Shown in pieces: positions 16,390-27,281 of a stretch of DNA of 64,000 nucleotides (positions are counted from its first letter, which is position 1; each line of letters starts with the position of its first letter). The translations under genes and the position numbers were made by a program. The stretch covers positions 2,847 to 66,846 of the forward strand of contig JBAZHE010000001.1 in the NCBI GenBank assembly GCA_041652555.1. The letters run 5' to 3'. Under the pieces are notes generated by a model. That model ran no database searches. It was given only the letters and a program-made list of their open reading frames with translations, and was not told the DNA's origin. Source of the stretch: Patescibacteria group bacterium. Lineage in GTDB: Bacteria; Patescibacteriota; Patescibacteriia; Patescibacteriales; WJLG01.

Positions 16390-18213
16390 ATGTCTTTATT
16401 TAATCTTAAATCATCTTATCAGCCAACTGGCGATCAACCGCAAGCGATAAAAAAACTGTCGGTTGGTTTAAAAAAAGGTTTTCACTACCAGACGCTTTTA
16501 GGCGTGACCGGATCAGGTAAGACTTTTACAATGGCTAATGTAATCGCGCAAGCTGATCGGCCGGCTTTGATAATTTCGCACAACAAAACTTTAGCCGCTC
16601 AACTATGCAGTGAGTTTAAAGATTTTTTCCCGGACGCGGCTGTGCATTATTTTGTTTCTTATTACGATTATTACCAGCCTGAGGCTTATATTCCGCACAC
16701 TGATACCTACATAGAGAAAGAAACGCAGATTAATGAAGAGATTGACCGTTTACGCCACGCTGCCACGCAGTCATTAATTAATCGCCGTGATGTAATTGTT
16801 GTGGCTAGTGTTTCTTGCATTTATGGTTTGGGCGAGCGCGCTGAATATATTGCTTCCAGCAAGAAGTTTGCAGTCGGACAAAATATTAAACGCAATGATT
16901 TATTGCGTGAGTTAGTTTCAATTCAATATACTAGAAATGATAAAGAAATTTTGCGCGGGCAATTTCGTGTTCGCGGGGAAAATATAGACATTCATTTGGC
17001 GACTGGCGAGGCAGTGGTCCGCCTCGTGCTTTCGGCGGATAGAATTGAAAGAATAAAAATTTTTAATATCAATCCTGGGGAAAAAATTCCAGTTTGGTCG
17101 CGCGATTTAACACGAGCGTCTGGTTTGGAGTTATCGGAAATAATAATTTTACCGGCTAAGCATTTTATGACCTCCAAGGAAAGATTGGAAATAGCTTTAA
17201 AGGAAATTCGTCAAGAATTAGCTGGGCGTTTAAAAGAATTAGAAAAACAAGGGAAGAGTGTAGAGGCTTATCGCTTGGACAAAAAAACTAGGTATGATTT
17301 GGAAATGATCGAAGAGGTTGGTTATTGTAATGGCATTGAAAATTACTCACGCCATTTTTCCGGTCGCACACCTGGTGAACCACCGGCAACGCTAATGGAT
17401 TTTTTTCCGTCCGATTATTTATTATTTGTCGATGAATCTCACGTCACATTGCCACAAATTGGTGGCATGCATTTAGGGGATCGTTCACGCAAAGATAATT
17501 TAGTTAATTTTGGTTTTCGTTTGCCGAGTGCGCGTGATAATCGGCCGCTGACTTTTGAAGAATTTGAAAATAAAATTGATCAAGTTATCTTTGTTTCGGC
17601 TACACCGCGGGAGTATGAACTGAAAAATTCAGCCCAGGTTGTGGAGCAAATTATTCGTCCGACAGGACTTTTGGATCCGGAAGTAGAAGTGCGGCCGACC
17701 ACGGGGCAGATTGATAATTTAATCGCAGAAGTAGAGGAGCGGGCTAAGAAAAACGAGCGCGTGTTAGTGACAACTTTAACTAAACGAATGGCTGAAGATT
17801 TGACTGAACATTTCTCTGAGCGCGGTTTGCGTGTTCGTTATCTGCATAGTGAGATTGAAACTTTGGAGCGGATAGATATTCTCTCGGATTTACGAGAGGG
17901 GAAATTTGATTGTTTGATTGGTATAAATTTATTGCGCGAAGGTTTGGATTTGCCAGAGGTTTCTTTGGTGGCAATTTTAGATGCTGATATGTCTGGTTTT
18001 TTGCGTAACGAAATTTCACTTGTTCAGACTATGGGTCGAGCCGCTCGCCATGAGAATGGCAAGGTGATAATGTATGCTGAACGGATAACACCGGCAATGG
18101 ATTATGCCATTAAAGAAACAATACGGCGCCGTAAAATTCAGGCCGCGTATAATAAAAAATACAAGATTACGCCAAAACGCGCCGGGTCTAAACCAAAAGA
18201 TAAAATTATTTAA
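16390..18213 (+). CDS. uvrB: excinuclease ABC subunit B (short form, no C-terminal UVR domain)
   Basis: [23 protein letters not shown], Walker [17 protein letters not shown] and helicase motifs up to QTMGRAARH. The protein ends about 20 aa after the NKKYKITPK region. Start moved to ATG 16390, outside repeat B. Confidence 0.93.
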   Translation: MSLFNLKSSYQPTGDQPQAIKKLSVGLKKGFHYQTLLGVTGSGKTFTMANVIAQADRPALIISHNKTLAAQLCSEFKDFFPDAAVHYFVSYYDYYQPEAYIPHTDTYIEKETQINEEIDRLRHAATQSLINRRDVIVVASVSCIYGLGERAEYIASSKKFAVGQNIKRNDLLRELVSIQYTRNDKEILRGQFRVRGENIDIHLATGEAVVRLVLSADRIERIKIFNINPGEKIPVWSRDLTRASGLELSEIIILPAKHFMTSKERLEIALKEIRQELAGRLKELEKQGKSVEAYRLDKKTRYDLEMIEEVGYCNGIENYSRHFSGRTPGEPPATLMDFFPSDYLLFVDESHVTLPQIGGMHLGDRSRKDNLVNFGFRLPSARDNRPLTFEEFENKIDQVIFVSATPREYELKNSAQVVEQIIRPTGLLDPEVEVRPTTGQIDNLIAEVEERAKKNERVLVTTLTKRMAEDLTEHFSERGLRVRYLHSEIETLERIDILSDLREGKFDCLIGINLLREGLDLPEVSLVAILDADMSGFLRNEISLVQTMGRAARHENGKVIMYAERITPAMDYAIKETIRRRKIQAAYNKKYKITPKRAGSKPKDKII

Positions 18214-18232
18214 CGACAGATTTATTAAATTT

Positions 18233-18241
18233 TGCTATAAT
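18233..18241 (+). promoter_or_regulatory. extended -10 element TGCTATAAT
   Basis: Matches TGnTATAAT and lies about 28 nt upstream of the ATG at 18270. Confidence 0.4.
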
Positions 18242-18269
18242 TTAAGAAGTGAGATTAAACTTTGTTTTT

Positions 18270-19247
18270 ATGAAATACGATTTTATTGCCATTGGCGGTG
18301 CAGTTGAAGACATTACTCTTTATGTTCAAGATGGCCAAGTGATTAATAATCCTAAAGATATTTTGCGTCAAAAGCTAGTCGCCTTTGAATATGGCGCCAA
18401 AATTAGCGCCAATAAATGTTTTCGTTTTCTCGGTGGCGGTGCTAACAATGCGGCGACTTGTTTGTCGCGTCTTGGTTTTACTGTTGGACTCTTGTCTTCG
18501 GTTGGCAATGATGAATTCGGTCGGGAATTATTTGAAAATTTGGACGAAAATAATATCGATACGCGCTTAGTAAGAAGAATTCATGATGTTTCTTCCGGGT
18601 TTTCCGTGGTAGTTGTTGGGCCGAGTGGCGAGCATACCGCTTTTGTTTATCGCGGGGCCGCGGATTTGTTAGAAATCGGTCAAGTGGAAAAGGAGATGTT
18701 GGCCTGTTCTAAATGGCTTTATATTTCTTCACTGTCTGGAAATTGGGAAAATATTCTGGATAAAGTTTTTTCAGTCAAAGGACCAGCGGTGGTTTGGAAC
18801 CCTGGAATTGTCCAGCTTAAAGCCGGCGTCACTAAATTAAAAAAATATTTAAAGAAAACTGAAATACTTTTTGTTAATAAAGATGAGGCTATAGAATTAG
18901 CAATTTCAGAAAATAAATATAAAAAGCAAAGTGAAAAATTATTAAAAGATGATCGCGCCTTGATTGAAGCTTTGAAAAATTTCGGATCAAAAAAAGTTGT
19001 TATTACTGATGGCGAGAATGGCGCAGATTATTTTGATGGAGAAATTTTTTATCATGGAAATCCTTTGCGTGTGCCGGAAAATAAAATTGCCGACACCACT
19101 GGCATTGGTGATACTTTTTGCTCCACTTTTGTCGCTGGGCTAGAAATTTATCAAGGTGATTTTAAAAAAGCTATGAAATTGGCGATGAAAAACGCCGCTT
19201 CAGTTTTAAAGAAGTCAGGAGCACAGAATGGGTTGATGGAGTTATAA
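18270..19247 (+). CDS. PfkB-family carbohydrate/nucleoside kinase
   Basis: N-terminal IAIGGAVEDI and the C-terminal signature DTTGIGDTFCSTFVAG. ATG 18270 is preferred to GTG 18249. Confidence 0.85.
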   Translation: MKYDFIAIGGAVEDITLYVQDGQVINNPKDILRQKLVAFEYGAKISANKCFRFLGGGANNAATCLSRLGFTVGLLSSVGNDEFGRELFENLDENNIDTRLVRRIHDVSSGFSVVVVGPSGEHTAFVYRGAADLLEIGQVEKEMLACSKWLYISSLSGNWENILDKVFSVKGPAVVWNPGIVQLKAGVTKLKKYLKKTEILFVNKDEAIELAISENKYKKQSEKLLKDDRALIEALKNFGSKKVVITDGENGADYFDGEIFYHGNPLRVPENKIADTTGIGDTFCSTFVAGLEIYQGDFKKAMKLAMKNAASVLKKSGAQNGLMEL

Positions 19248-19287
19248 GGTTTAAATCAATTATTTTTAAAGTTGGTAATATTAAGAA

Positions 19288-19311
19288 AAACTTCGTTTAG
19301 CGAAGTTTTTT
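19288..19311 (+). terminator. rho-independent terminator after the kinase gene
   Basis: Stem AAACTTCG/CGAAGTTT with loop TTTAG, followed by a T-run. Confidence 0.65.
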
Positions 19312-19409
19312 ATTGTAATCTTTGCTTATTTTAGATAAATTATTGACTTTTTCTATATTCTATGGCAAAATTAAACGGTAGAATAATATTAATTTATAAT
19401 TTAAGTTAT

Positions 19410-19775
19410 ATGTATACGCAAAAAGTTTTAGATCATTTTAAAAATCCCCATAATCAGGGTGTTATAGAGGATGCTGACGCTGTTGGGCAAGAAGGAAATC
19501 CTGTTTGTGGAGATGTCATGAAAATCTATTTAAAAATAGAAAATAACATTATAAAAGACGTTAAATTTGAGACCTTGGGTTGTGCCGCAGCCGTAGCTGT
19601 ATCTTCTGATTTAACTGATATGGTTAAGGGCAAAACCTTAGAGGAGGCTTTAAAAGTTACCAAAGACGATATTGTCAATGACTTAGGCGGATTGCCACCG
19701 GTTAAACTCCACTGTTCTATGTTGGGTGTTGACGCTTTACATAAGGCGATTGAGAATTATAAAAATAAAAAATAA
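19410..19775 (+). CDS. iscU: Fe-S cluster scaffold protein (IscU/NifU N-terminal type)
   Basis: Three conserved Cys contexts: NPVCGDVM, LGCAAAVA and LHCSMLG. Start set at MYTQKVLDHFKNPHNQG. Confidence 0.88.
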   Translation: MYTQKVLDHFKNPHNQGVIEDADAVGQEGNPVCGDVMKIYLKIENNIIKDVKFETLGCAAAVAVSSDLTDMVKGKTLEEALKVTKDDIVNDLGGLPPVKLHCSMLGVDALHKAIENYKNKK

Positions 19776-19780
19776 TTATT

Positions 19781-20011
19781 ATGAAAATTGAAGATAAAAT
19801 TAAAAAATCATTAGAATCTGTTCGTCCTGATTTGCAGGCGGACGGAGGTGATGTGGAGTTTGTTAGTTTTGACGAGAAAACCGGGACAGCTAACCTGCGC
19901 TTAGTTGGTATGTGCTCGCATTGTCCGATGGCACAGATTACTTTACAACAGGGAATCGGAGAGATTTTAAAGAAGGAAATTCCAGAGGTAAAGAAAATAT
20001 CAAATATTTAA
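19781..20011 (+). CDS. NifU C-terminal-domain (Nfu-like) Fe-S carrier
   Basis: LQADGGDVEFV...GMCSHCPMAQITL carries the CxxC motif of the Nfu domain. Confidence 0.85.
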   Translation: MKIEDKIKKSLESVRPDLQADGGDVEFVSFDEKTGTANLRLVGMCSHCPMAQITLQQGIGEILKKEIPEVKKISNI

Positions 20012-20041
20012 TATAAAATATCAAAACAATAGATAATATTT

Positions 20042-20068
20042 AATACAAAATCTTAGATATTTTGTATT
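20042..20068 (+). terminator. AT-rich hairpin between nfu and the desulfurase gene (weak terminator or attenuator)
   Basis: AATACAAAAT-cttagat-ATTTTGTATT followed by TTATATT. Confidence 0.3.
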
Positions 20069-20088
20069 TTATATTAATTATTATAAAT

Positions 20089-21321
20089 ATGATTTATTTA
20101 GATCATAGTGCGACAACGCCGGTTGATAAGAAAGTGCTCGCGGCGATGTTGCCATATTTTGATAAAGATTTTGGCAATCCGTCTTCTATTCATTCTTTTG
20201 GACAGAAGGCAGTGGCTGGTGTGGATCAGGCGCGTTCGCAGGCGGCTGAATTTTTGTGTTGCGAGCCGTCGGAAATTATTTTTACTTCCGGCGCGACCGA
20301 GTCTAATAATTTGGCTTTGTGCGGAATTGTGAAAGCGGCGCTTTCGGCTGGTGTGAAAAAACCGCATATTATTATTTCTTCCGTGGAGCATAATGCGATA
20401 ATTGAACCGGCGCGCGAATTAAAGGTCGAAGGCGCGGAGATTACTCATTTGCCAGTTGATAAGACTGGCCGTGTATCTTTAGTTGACTTAGAAAAAGAGA
20501 TAAAAGATAATACAATTTTAGTTTCTATAATGTTTGTGAATAGCGAGGTTGGCATTATTCAGCCGATTAGAGAAATCGGTAAAATAATCAAAAAGATTAA
20601 TGAGAGACGTTTTAATTATTGGCAAAAAGAAGGCGCGGCCAAGAAGATGCCGCGGCCGCGGAGTATTTACTTTCATACTGATGCTGTGCAGGCAGTTAAT
20701 TTTTTAGATTGCGATACGAATAAATTAGTTGTTGATTTACTTTCTTTGACTGCTCACAAAGTTTACGGCCCGAAAGGCGCCGGACTTTTATTTGTTAAAA
20801 AGGGCACGGAAATAAAACCTTTAGTTGTAGGTGGGCACCACGAAAGAAATTTGCGCTCCGGTACGTTAAATGTTCCAGGAATTGTCGGTTTAGGCGATGC
20901 CCTGTCTTTGATAACGCTGGAAGCGCGTGAGAAAAACAATAAAAAAATTATTACTCTGCGCGATTATTTGGCGGAAGGAATTTTAAAAAATATCCCCGAC
21001 GTGATATTAAATACTGATAGACAAAACTCTACACCAGCTCATGCACATTTTACTTTTCGCGGAGCGGAAGGGGAGTCAATTTTAATTTCTTTGGATTTTG
21101 AAGGCATCGCTGTTTCTACCGGCTCAGCTTGCGCCTCGCATTCTCTGACTGGTTCACACGTCCTTTCGGCAATGGGTGTTTCCGAAGAAGATTCTAACTA
21201 TTCTGTCCGCTTCACGCTTGGGAAGAATAATACTAAAGAAGATGTTAAAAAAGTTTTAACAGTTTTGCCGAGAATAATAGAGAAGTTAAGAAAAATGAAT
21301 CCGGTTTACAAAAAAGTTTAA
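20089..21321 (+). CDS. iscS: cysteine desulfurase (NifS/IscS class V aminotransferase)
   Basis: MIYLDHSATTP, PLP-lysine context SLTAHKVYGPKG and active-site loop STGSACAS. Confidence 0.92.
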   Translation: MIYLDHSATTPVDKKVLAAMLPYFDKDFGNPSSIHSFGQKAVAGVDQARSQAAEFLCCEPSEIIFTSGATESNNLALCGIVKAALSAGVKKPHIIISSVEHNAIIEPARELKVEGAEITHLPVDKTGRVSLVDLEKEIKDNTILVSIMFVNSEVGIIQPIREIGKIIKKINERRFNYWQKEGAAKKMPRPRSIYFHTDAVQAVNFLDCDTNKLVVDLLSLTAHKVYGPKGAGLLFVKKGTEIKPLVVGGHHERNLRSGTLNVPGIVGLGDALSLITLEAREKNNKKIITLRDYLAEGILKNIPDVILNTDRQNSTPAHAHFTFRGAEGESILISLDFEGIAVSTGSACASHSLTGSHVLSAMGVSEEDSNYSVRFTLGKNNTKEDVKKVLTVLPRIIEKLRKMNPVYKKV

Positions 21322-21330
21322 GAATTTTTT

Positions 21331-22458
21331 ATGAAAATTTTGTATATAATAACTAAAGCTGTTGTCGGTGGTGCACAGATGTCGGTTTTGAATTTAGCCA
21401 GAGAGATGAAAAAGCGTGGTCATGAAGTCTCGGTCGGTTTTGGTGAGGGAGATTTTTTACCAGCAGAGTTGGCTAAAGAAAATATTCCGTTTATAAAATT
21501 TAAAAATTTACGTCGCACACATAATCCATTTTACCCGCTTTTTTTTATTTTTGAGATAAAAAAATATTTATCAAATAAAAACTTAGATGTAATTCATTTT
21601 AACAGTTCCAACGCTTTGCCAGGAGCCTTAGGGGTTAAATTGTTTAATAATAAAATTAAGACCGTTTTTACCTTTAGAGGAATGTCGATGTTGGATGAGC
21701 ATTATGAAGCTGGTAAATTAAAAAAATTATTTTATTTTTTATTTTTTAAATTTTTTCTTTTATTTGTTGACGTGCCGGTTTTTGTTTCACAAGAGAATTT
21801 TGATAAATTCGGTCAAGGCGCGCTTGTTGATAATGGAGTAATGATACACAACGGGCTAGATCCAAATAATCTCGATTTTTTATCTAGAGACGAGGTGAGA
21901 AATTTTTTTTCACAAAAGATTAAAGAAGATTTAAGTGACAAGTATGTAATTGGTTCGATTGGTCGCCTTCATTATCAGAAAAATTATGAATTTTTAATAA
22001 ATATTTTTCCGGAAATTTTGAGAATAAGGCCGGATGCTCGAGCGGTTATTGTTGGCGAAGGGCCAGAGAGACGTTTATACGAAGATTTGATTAGAAAAAA
22101 TAATTTAGAAGAAAAAATATTTTTATTTGGTAGTCTGGACAACGGCGGTCGTTATTTAAAAGGTTTTGATGTTTTGGCTTTGCCTTCGCGTTATGAAGGC
22201 TTATCTATTACTTTGATTGAAGCACTGTTTGCCGGTTCGCCGGTTCTAGCATCTGATGTTGGCGGCAACAGAGAAGAAATTTCATTTCCAGAAGCGGAGA
22301 TTTATAGCCTTGATAATAAAAAAGAATTTTTGGAAAAATTTAGTCTTCTGCAGGTGGTGGAAATATTGGAGAAGATAAAGAATGGTAATAAAATTTTGGC
22401 GGAAGAGTTTAATTTGAAAAAAACCGCCGACAGCTACGAAAAAAATTATGGAAAATAA
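21331..22458 (+). CDS. GT-B glycosyltransferase (GT4-like)
   Basis: C-terminal EGLSITLIEALFAGSPVLASDVGGNRE is the E-x7-E region of Glycos_transf_1. Confidence 0.85.
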   Translation: MKILYIITKAVVGGAQMSVLNLAREMKKRGHEVSVGFGEGDFLPAELAKENIPFIKFKNLRRTHNPFYPLFFIFEIKKYLSNKNLDVIHFNSSNALPGALGVKLFNNKIKTVFTFRGMSMLDEHYEAGKLKKLFYFLFFKFFLLFVDVPVFVSQENFDKFGQGALVDNGVMIHNGLDPNNLDFLSRDEVRNFFSQKIKEDLSDKYVIGSIGRLHYQKNYEFLINIFPEILRIRPDARAVIVGEGPERRLYEDLIRKNNLEEKIFLFGSLDNGGRYLKGFDVLALPSRYEGLSITLIEALFAGSPVLASDVGGNREEISFPEAEIYSLDNKKEFLEKFSLLQVVEILEKIKNGNKILAEEFNLKKTADSYEKNYGK

Positions 22459-23872
22459 AAAAACTATTTTAGTAATTGGCGCCGGGCCAGCCGGCTTGGC
22501 CGCGGCTCATGAAATTTTATCTAAAGACGGATCAAAAATGGTTATTGTAGTAGAGAAAGAAAAACAAGTTGGCGGGATTTCCAAAACTTTTTCTTACAAA
22601 GATTTTTATTTTGATGCTGGTGGACATAGATTTTTCACAAAGAACGAGGAAGTGGAAAAACTTTGGCGCGATTCATTGGGGGATGAATTTTTAAAAAGAA
22701 ACCGTCTTTCCAGAATTTTTTATCGCGGTAAATTTTACGATTATCCGTTAAAATTATCAAACGTCATTAAGAATTTGGGGGTAGTAGAATCATTTTTAGT
22801 TTTAGGCAGTTATATAAAACAGAAATTTTTTCCTTATAAAGAAGAAAATAATTTAGAGCAGTGGATATCCAACCGTTTTGGGAAGAGAATTTTTAAGCAT
22901 TTTTTTGAAACTTACACGGAAAAATTATGGGGTATTCCGGCGAGCCAAGTCGGTGCTGATTGGGGGGCGCAAAGAATAAAGGGTTTGTCTGTTTCGGCTA
23001 TTTTAAAAAACGCTTTGTTTCCGCAAAAAGGTCGAAGTGTCATTAAAACTTTGATTGAAAGCTTTGATTACCCTAAATATGGCGTTGGACAAATGTATGA
23101 AAAAATTGCTGATAATATAAAAAAGATGAGCGGAGAAATTTGGTTGGAATCAGCTGTGGAAAATTTTTTTATTGAAAACGGTAAAATAAGCAAGATAGAG
23201 ATTTTTTCTCCAGCGGGGGCGAGAATAGTAACGGTGGACGAAGTAATTTCCACGATGCCAATAACTGATTTGGCGGAAAAATTAAGCAGTCTCAAGGATG
23301 TGGCTGTAAAAGAAGCGGCTAGAAAATTGAAATATCGCAGTTTTTTATCGGTTTGTGTAATTTTAGATGATGAAAAAAGTTTTCCTGATAATTGGATATA
23401 TATACATAGTAAGGTAAAAATGGGTCGTATTCAGAATTTTAAACGTTGGAGCGAATTTATGGTTCCGGATGCTTCCAAAACCGCTTTGGGTTTGGAATAT
23501 TTTTGCAACGAAGGAGATGACCTTTGGAATATGGAAGATAAAGATCTTATAAAGCTGGGAATGGAGGAACTTGAAATTGTCGGGCTAGGAGAAAAGAAAA
23601 AATATTTAGACGGCTTTGTCTATCGTTGCCCTAAAAGCTATCCAGTTTACGATGGCGACCATAAAAAATACTTAGCTATAATAAAAGATTTTTTAAGAAA
23701 ATTTTCCAATTTACAGACTGTCGGGCGAAATGGTCTTTTTTGCTATAATAATATGGACCACTCAATCTTAGCCGGATTTTACGCGGCTAGAAATGTTTTG
23801 TCTGATAATCGTGACCTTGATGTTTGGCAAATTAATGTCGATGAAGAATATCATGAAGAGGAAAAAATCTAA
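22448..23872 (+). CDS. FAD/NAD(P)-binding oxidoreductase (amine-oxidase/PPO-like fold)
   Basis: N-terminal Rossmann motif ILVIGAGPAGLAAAHE...VVEKE. 474 aa. Confidence 0.75.
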   Translation: MENKKTILVIGAGPAGLAAAHEILSKDGSKMVIVVEKEKQVGGISKTFSYKDFYFDAGGHRFFTKNEEVEKLWRDSLGDEFLKRNRLSRIFYRGKFYDYPLKLSNVIKNLGVVESFLVLGSYIKQKFFPYKEENNLEQWISNRFGKRIFKHFFETYTEKLWGIPASQVGADWGAQRIKGLSVSAILKNALFPQKGRSVIKTLIESFDYPKYGVGQMYEKIADNIKKMSGEIWLESAVENFFIENGKISKIEIFSPAGARIVTVDEVISTMPITDLAEKLSSLKDVAVKEAARKLKYRSFLSVCVILDDEKSFPDNWIYIHSKVKMGRIQNFKRWSEFMVPDASKTALGLEYFCNEGDDLWNMEDKDLIKLGMEELEIVGLGEKKKYLDGFVYRCPKSYPVYDGDHKKYLAIIKDFLRKFSNLQTVGRNGLFCYNNMDHSILAGFYAARNVLSDNRDLDVWQINVDEEYHEEEKI

Positions 23873-23886
23873 TATGTTTGAAAAAA

Positions 23887-24777
23887 ATGAAATTTAGTTT
23901 AATTATCCCAACTTATAATCGACAAAAAGAATTAGCAGTTTGCTTTTATTCAATTTTACAGCAAGATTTTTTGCCTACAGAAATAGTTGTTATTGATGAC
24001 GCTGAACTAAATGGAGAGTTTTTAGATTATTGGAAGAAAAAATTTGTTTCTTTTTCAGTTAGCTTTGTTTATTATCGTAAAGATATGACCAAAGAAGTTG
24101 GGGGTAGTTCAAGCTCGCGCAATGTTGGCTTGGGATTGGCTAAGGAAAAAATTTGTTTTATTTTGGATGATGATTTAGTTTTGGAAAATTATTTTTTTTC
24201 TAAGACAATGGCGATGTGGAAAGATGATGATAAATTACTAGGAGTAGGCGGAGTGATTACTAATAATAGAAGAAAAGGTTTTTTAGAAAAAATATATAAT
24301 AAGATTTTTTGTCTTGACACTGAATTATCTTGGGACATAAATAAAGTCGGTTTTCAATCCTGGGATGATAGTATCGGCGACTGTCAAAAGGCTTTTTATG
24401 TTCATGGCGGAGCGTGTTCTTACAACAAGGAGATCATAAAAAAATTGGGTGGTTTTACGGTTTTTGGCGGTGGTCGTGAAGCCTTGGAGGATGTCGATTT
24501 TTGCTGGCGGGCAAAGCAAATTGGATATTACTTCTTGATTGAGCCCAAGGCTCGTGTTTTTCATGCCCATAGCCCTTCTGGGCGAGAAAGTGAAGAAATA
24601 GCCGGCTATAAAGAAAGTGCTAACCGTAAGGCAATTTGGGCTAAATTAGGGGACAAGGGGGTGTTTGAAAGGGTTAGTTTTTATTGGGCGAATATTGGCT
24701 GGATACTGCGCCAAATTTTAAGGGGTAAATTTAAAAAAAGCTGGGGAATGATTCGCGGCTTGTTTTATCACCAATAA
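23887..24777 (+). CDS. GT2 (GT-A) glycosyltransferase
   Basis: FSLIIPTYNRQKEL...VIDDA...LDDD pattern. ATG 23887 is preferred to TTG 23878. Confidence 0.85.
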   Translation: MKFSLIIPTYNRQKELAVCFYSILQQDFLPTEIVVIDDAELNGEFLDYWKKKFVSFSVSFVYYRKDMTKEVGGSSSSRNVGLGLAKEKICFILDDDLVLENYFFSKTMAMWKDDDKLLGVGGVITNNRRKGFLEKIYNKIFCLDTELSWDINKVGFQSWDDSIGDCQKAFYVHGGACSYNKEIIKKLGGFTVFGGGREALEDVDFCWRAKQIGYYFLIEPKARVFHAHSPSGRESEEIAGYKESANRKAIWAKLGDKGVFERVSFYWANIGWILRQILRGKFKKSWGMIRGLFYHQ

Positions 24778-24778
24778 T

Positions 24779-25531
24779 ATGGATTTGAATTATGAATATT
24801 TTATTGAGTATATAAAAAAAATCCCCGATTACCAAAAATTGAAGATTCTAGATTTTGGCTGTGGTCGAGGTGAGATTGTCGGAGAGCTAATTAAGCAAGG
24901 TGTAGATATTTGTGGCGTAGATACTGGCTATAGTCGGGAGATACCGCCAGAGATTTTGGCTAGCGATCTTTATCGCCGGGGATTAATTAAAATCATTAAG
25001 CCAGGAGAAGCTCTGCCGTTTGCCGATAAGAGTTTTGATTTAATTATTTCTAATCAGGTTTTTGAGCATTTGGAAAATTTAGTTTTTGTTGCTACTGAAA
25101 TGAACCGCGTTTTGGTTGATGGTGGACGAATGTATCATCATTTTCCTACTCGTGACGCTATTTGGGAGGGACATATTGGGATTCCTTTTGCACATTGGTT
25201 GCCAGCTCATTCAAAATTAAGATATTATTATATCGCAGTTTTGCGCGCCCTTGGCCTTGGTTTATACAAGAAGGAATTGGGCAGTTATTTTGATTGGCTA
25301 AAAAATAGTATCGACCGTTTAGATAATCTTTGCTTTTATCGTAAATATTCGGAGATTAAAGCTTATTTTTCTACTAAATATCAGATTAAGCATTATGAAG
25401 GAGACTATGCGTTGTTTCGGCTGAGCAGAAATAAGAAGTTAAAAATTTTTAGCCTCGACGCTTTTAAAGGATTATATGGATTTATTTTTCGTCACTTATC
25501 TTTTGTGGCGGTTGAACTTAAAAAGAAATGA
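24779..25531 (+). CDS. class I SAM-dependent methyltransferase
   Basis: Motif I ILDFGCGRGE, followed by FDLIISNQVFEHL. Confidence 0.85.
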   Translation: MDLNYEYFIEYIKKIPDYQKLKILDFGCGRGEIVGELIKQGVDICGVDTGYSREIPPEILASDLYRRGLIKIIKPGEALPFADKSFDLIISNQVFEHLENLVFVATEMNRVLVDGGRMYHHFPTRDAIWEGHIGIPFAHWLPAHSKLRYYYIAVLRALGLGLYKKELGSYFDWLKNSIDRLDNLCFYRKYSEIKAYFSTKYQIKHYEGDYALFRLSRNKKLKIFSLDAFKGLYGFIFRHLSFVAVELKKK

Positions 25532-26307
25532 AATTTTCAATAATAACTTGCACTAGGAATAGCGCTAAATATTTGCCGGAAAACATTGCTTCAGTTAAGG
25601 CGCAAAATTTTGGCGACTATGAACATCTTTTTATTGATGGTAATTCTACCGATGAGACTATAGAGATAATCAAAAAATATCAGGCGGAATTTCCCGATAA
25701 AGTCAGTTTTTATCAGTTGCCACCAACTGGAATTTCAGCGGCGATGAATGCTGGTATTAAGCGGGCGCAAGGGGAATTTTTAATTCATTTGCATTCTGAT
25801 GATAGTTTTTATGATAGCGAGGTTTTAGCTGATGTTGCTAATTTTTTAAAGAAAAATCCAGAGCTTGATTGGATTTATGGTTTGGCTAATGTTGTCAGGG
25901 GGGATGGTTCGCGCATTCTTGTTTATCCTAATAAGCCGTTCTTGCATTTTCATAATTCTAAAAGTTTTATCGGTCGTTATTTGATGAAAATTTTGCGTTT
26001 TGTTCCGCATCAGGCGGTTTTTATAAAGAAATCTGTTTTTGAAAAATTTGGTAATTTTGATGAAAGTTTAACCACGGAAATGGATCCTGATTTATGGTTT
26101 AGAATTCGTAACAAAACTAATTGGAGTTTTTTTAAGAGGATAATTTGCAATTATCGCATAAGTGAGACGGCCGAGTCGTCGAGCCCTGATAATAAAAAAA
26201 GAAATTTGGAAAATATTAAAAGAGTGCAAAAAAAATATCTAAACTCCATAGAATATTTATTTATATTGGCTATAAATAAAATTAGAGAAATAAGAGCAAG
26301 AAGATAA
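25528..26307 (+). CDS. GT2 (GT-A) glycosyltransferase
   Basis: FSIITCTRNSAKYL...FIDGNSTDET...HSDD. Confidence 0.85.
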   Translation: MKFSIITCTRNSAKYLPENIASVKAQNFGDYEHLFIDGNSTDETIEIIKKYQAEFPDKVSFYQLPPTGISAAMNAGIKRAQGEFLIHLHSDDSFYDSEVLADVANFLKKNPELDWIYGLANVVRGDGSRILVYPNKPFLHFHNSKSFIGRYLMKILRFVPHQAVFIKKSVFEKFGNFDESLTTEMDPDLWFRIRNKTNWSFFKRIICNYRISETAESSSPDNKKRNLENIKRVQKKYLNSIEYLFILAINKIREIRARR

Positions 26308-26335
26308 AAAACTGTTTCAAAATTGAAGCAGTTTT

Positions 26336-27268
26336 TTATGAATAAAGATTGACAATTGATTCTGGATTAAAGAAGAATTTTTTTTGTTTAGCATAAAAGC
26401 CCCAGTCAATCTTGTCGTGTTTAAATATAGCCATTGGTATATCTCCATAGTAGGCAGAAAAGGTGCTGTAAGTACTGTTAGATCCGATAATAAAATCAGT
26501 GTTAGCAAGAGTAAAAAGATCTTCAATTATTCCCCCAGGGGCATTAATTGTAGGGAGTGAACCAAAAACTTGTAAATTTATTTTTTCATCTGAAGCTATG
26601 ATAAAACAGATTTTTTCCTCCGGTTTTCTGGTAGCAAGGAAATCAGCTAAAATTACGGCTACTTTCTCTGGTGGAAAATAAAGATTTTTATCAAATGTTC
26701 TATAATCAGTTTGGCGAATATGCACACCAACTAAAAAATTATAGTTGTTTCTTAATTCTCCTATAAAGGCGTTAATTTTTTTTTTAATTTGCTGTTGAGG
26801 AGAAAAAAGATTGCAAATTTCTGAATGATATTTTATTGCTCCTGTTGGATTACGGAAATTAGGTCCGTTAAAATAGATTGTGCTAGAGCATGTTTCTAAT
26901 TCGTTTATCTTTTGTGCCTGTTTAGTATTTTTTATTTTAGTTGGTGGAAGTAAAAAAATCATTTCATCATTAAATCCTCTAGCATTCAGGAGTTGAGCAG
27001 TTTTTTTAATTAAAAAATTTAATACTAATTTTCGGTAAAGAAAGTTTTTAATGAAAGATTTTTTCTTTGGTAAAATTCGGTTAAGACTATTAAAAAACGG
27101 TGTGATTAACCAATGTCCGCGAGTCTGTGGGAAATGGTGACTGTATTGATAGAAGGCTAATTGTCGGCAATCATAGCCTTTTTCGTGACAGTAAGTCCAA
27201 ATACTTAAGTATGTCCAAAGTTGATTCCCCATTTGCCCTCCCAAATCAATAATAATACCTTTTTTCAT
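26336..27268 (-). CDS. alpha-1,2-fucosyltransferase-like (GT11)
   Basis: GT11 motifs in order: LGGQMGNQLWTY (GGLGNQ-like), GVHIRQTDY (HxRRGDY-like) and IIGSNSTYSTFSAYYG. Confidence 0.75.
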   Translation of the reverse strand: MKKGIIIDLGGQMGNQLWTYLSIWTYCHEKGYDCRQLAFYQYSHHFPQTRGHWLITPFFNSLNRILPKKKSFIKNFLYRKLVLNFLIKKTAQLLNARGFNDEMIFLLPPTKIKNTKQAQKINELETCSSTIYFNGPNFRNPTGAIKYHSEICNLFSPQQQIKKKINAFIGELRNNYNFLVGVHIRQTDYRTFDKNLYFPPEKVAVILADFLATRKPEEKICFIIASDEKINLQVFGSLPTINAPGGIIEDLFTLANTDFIIGSNSTYSTFSAYYGDIPMAIFKHDKIDWGFYAKQKKFFFNPESIVNLYS

Positions 27269-27281
27269 AAAATATAAATGA

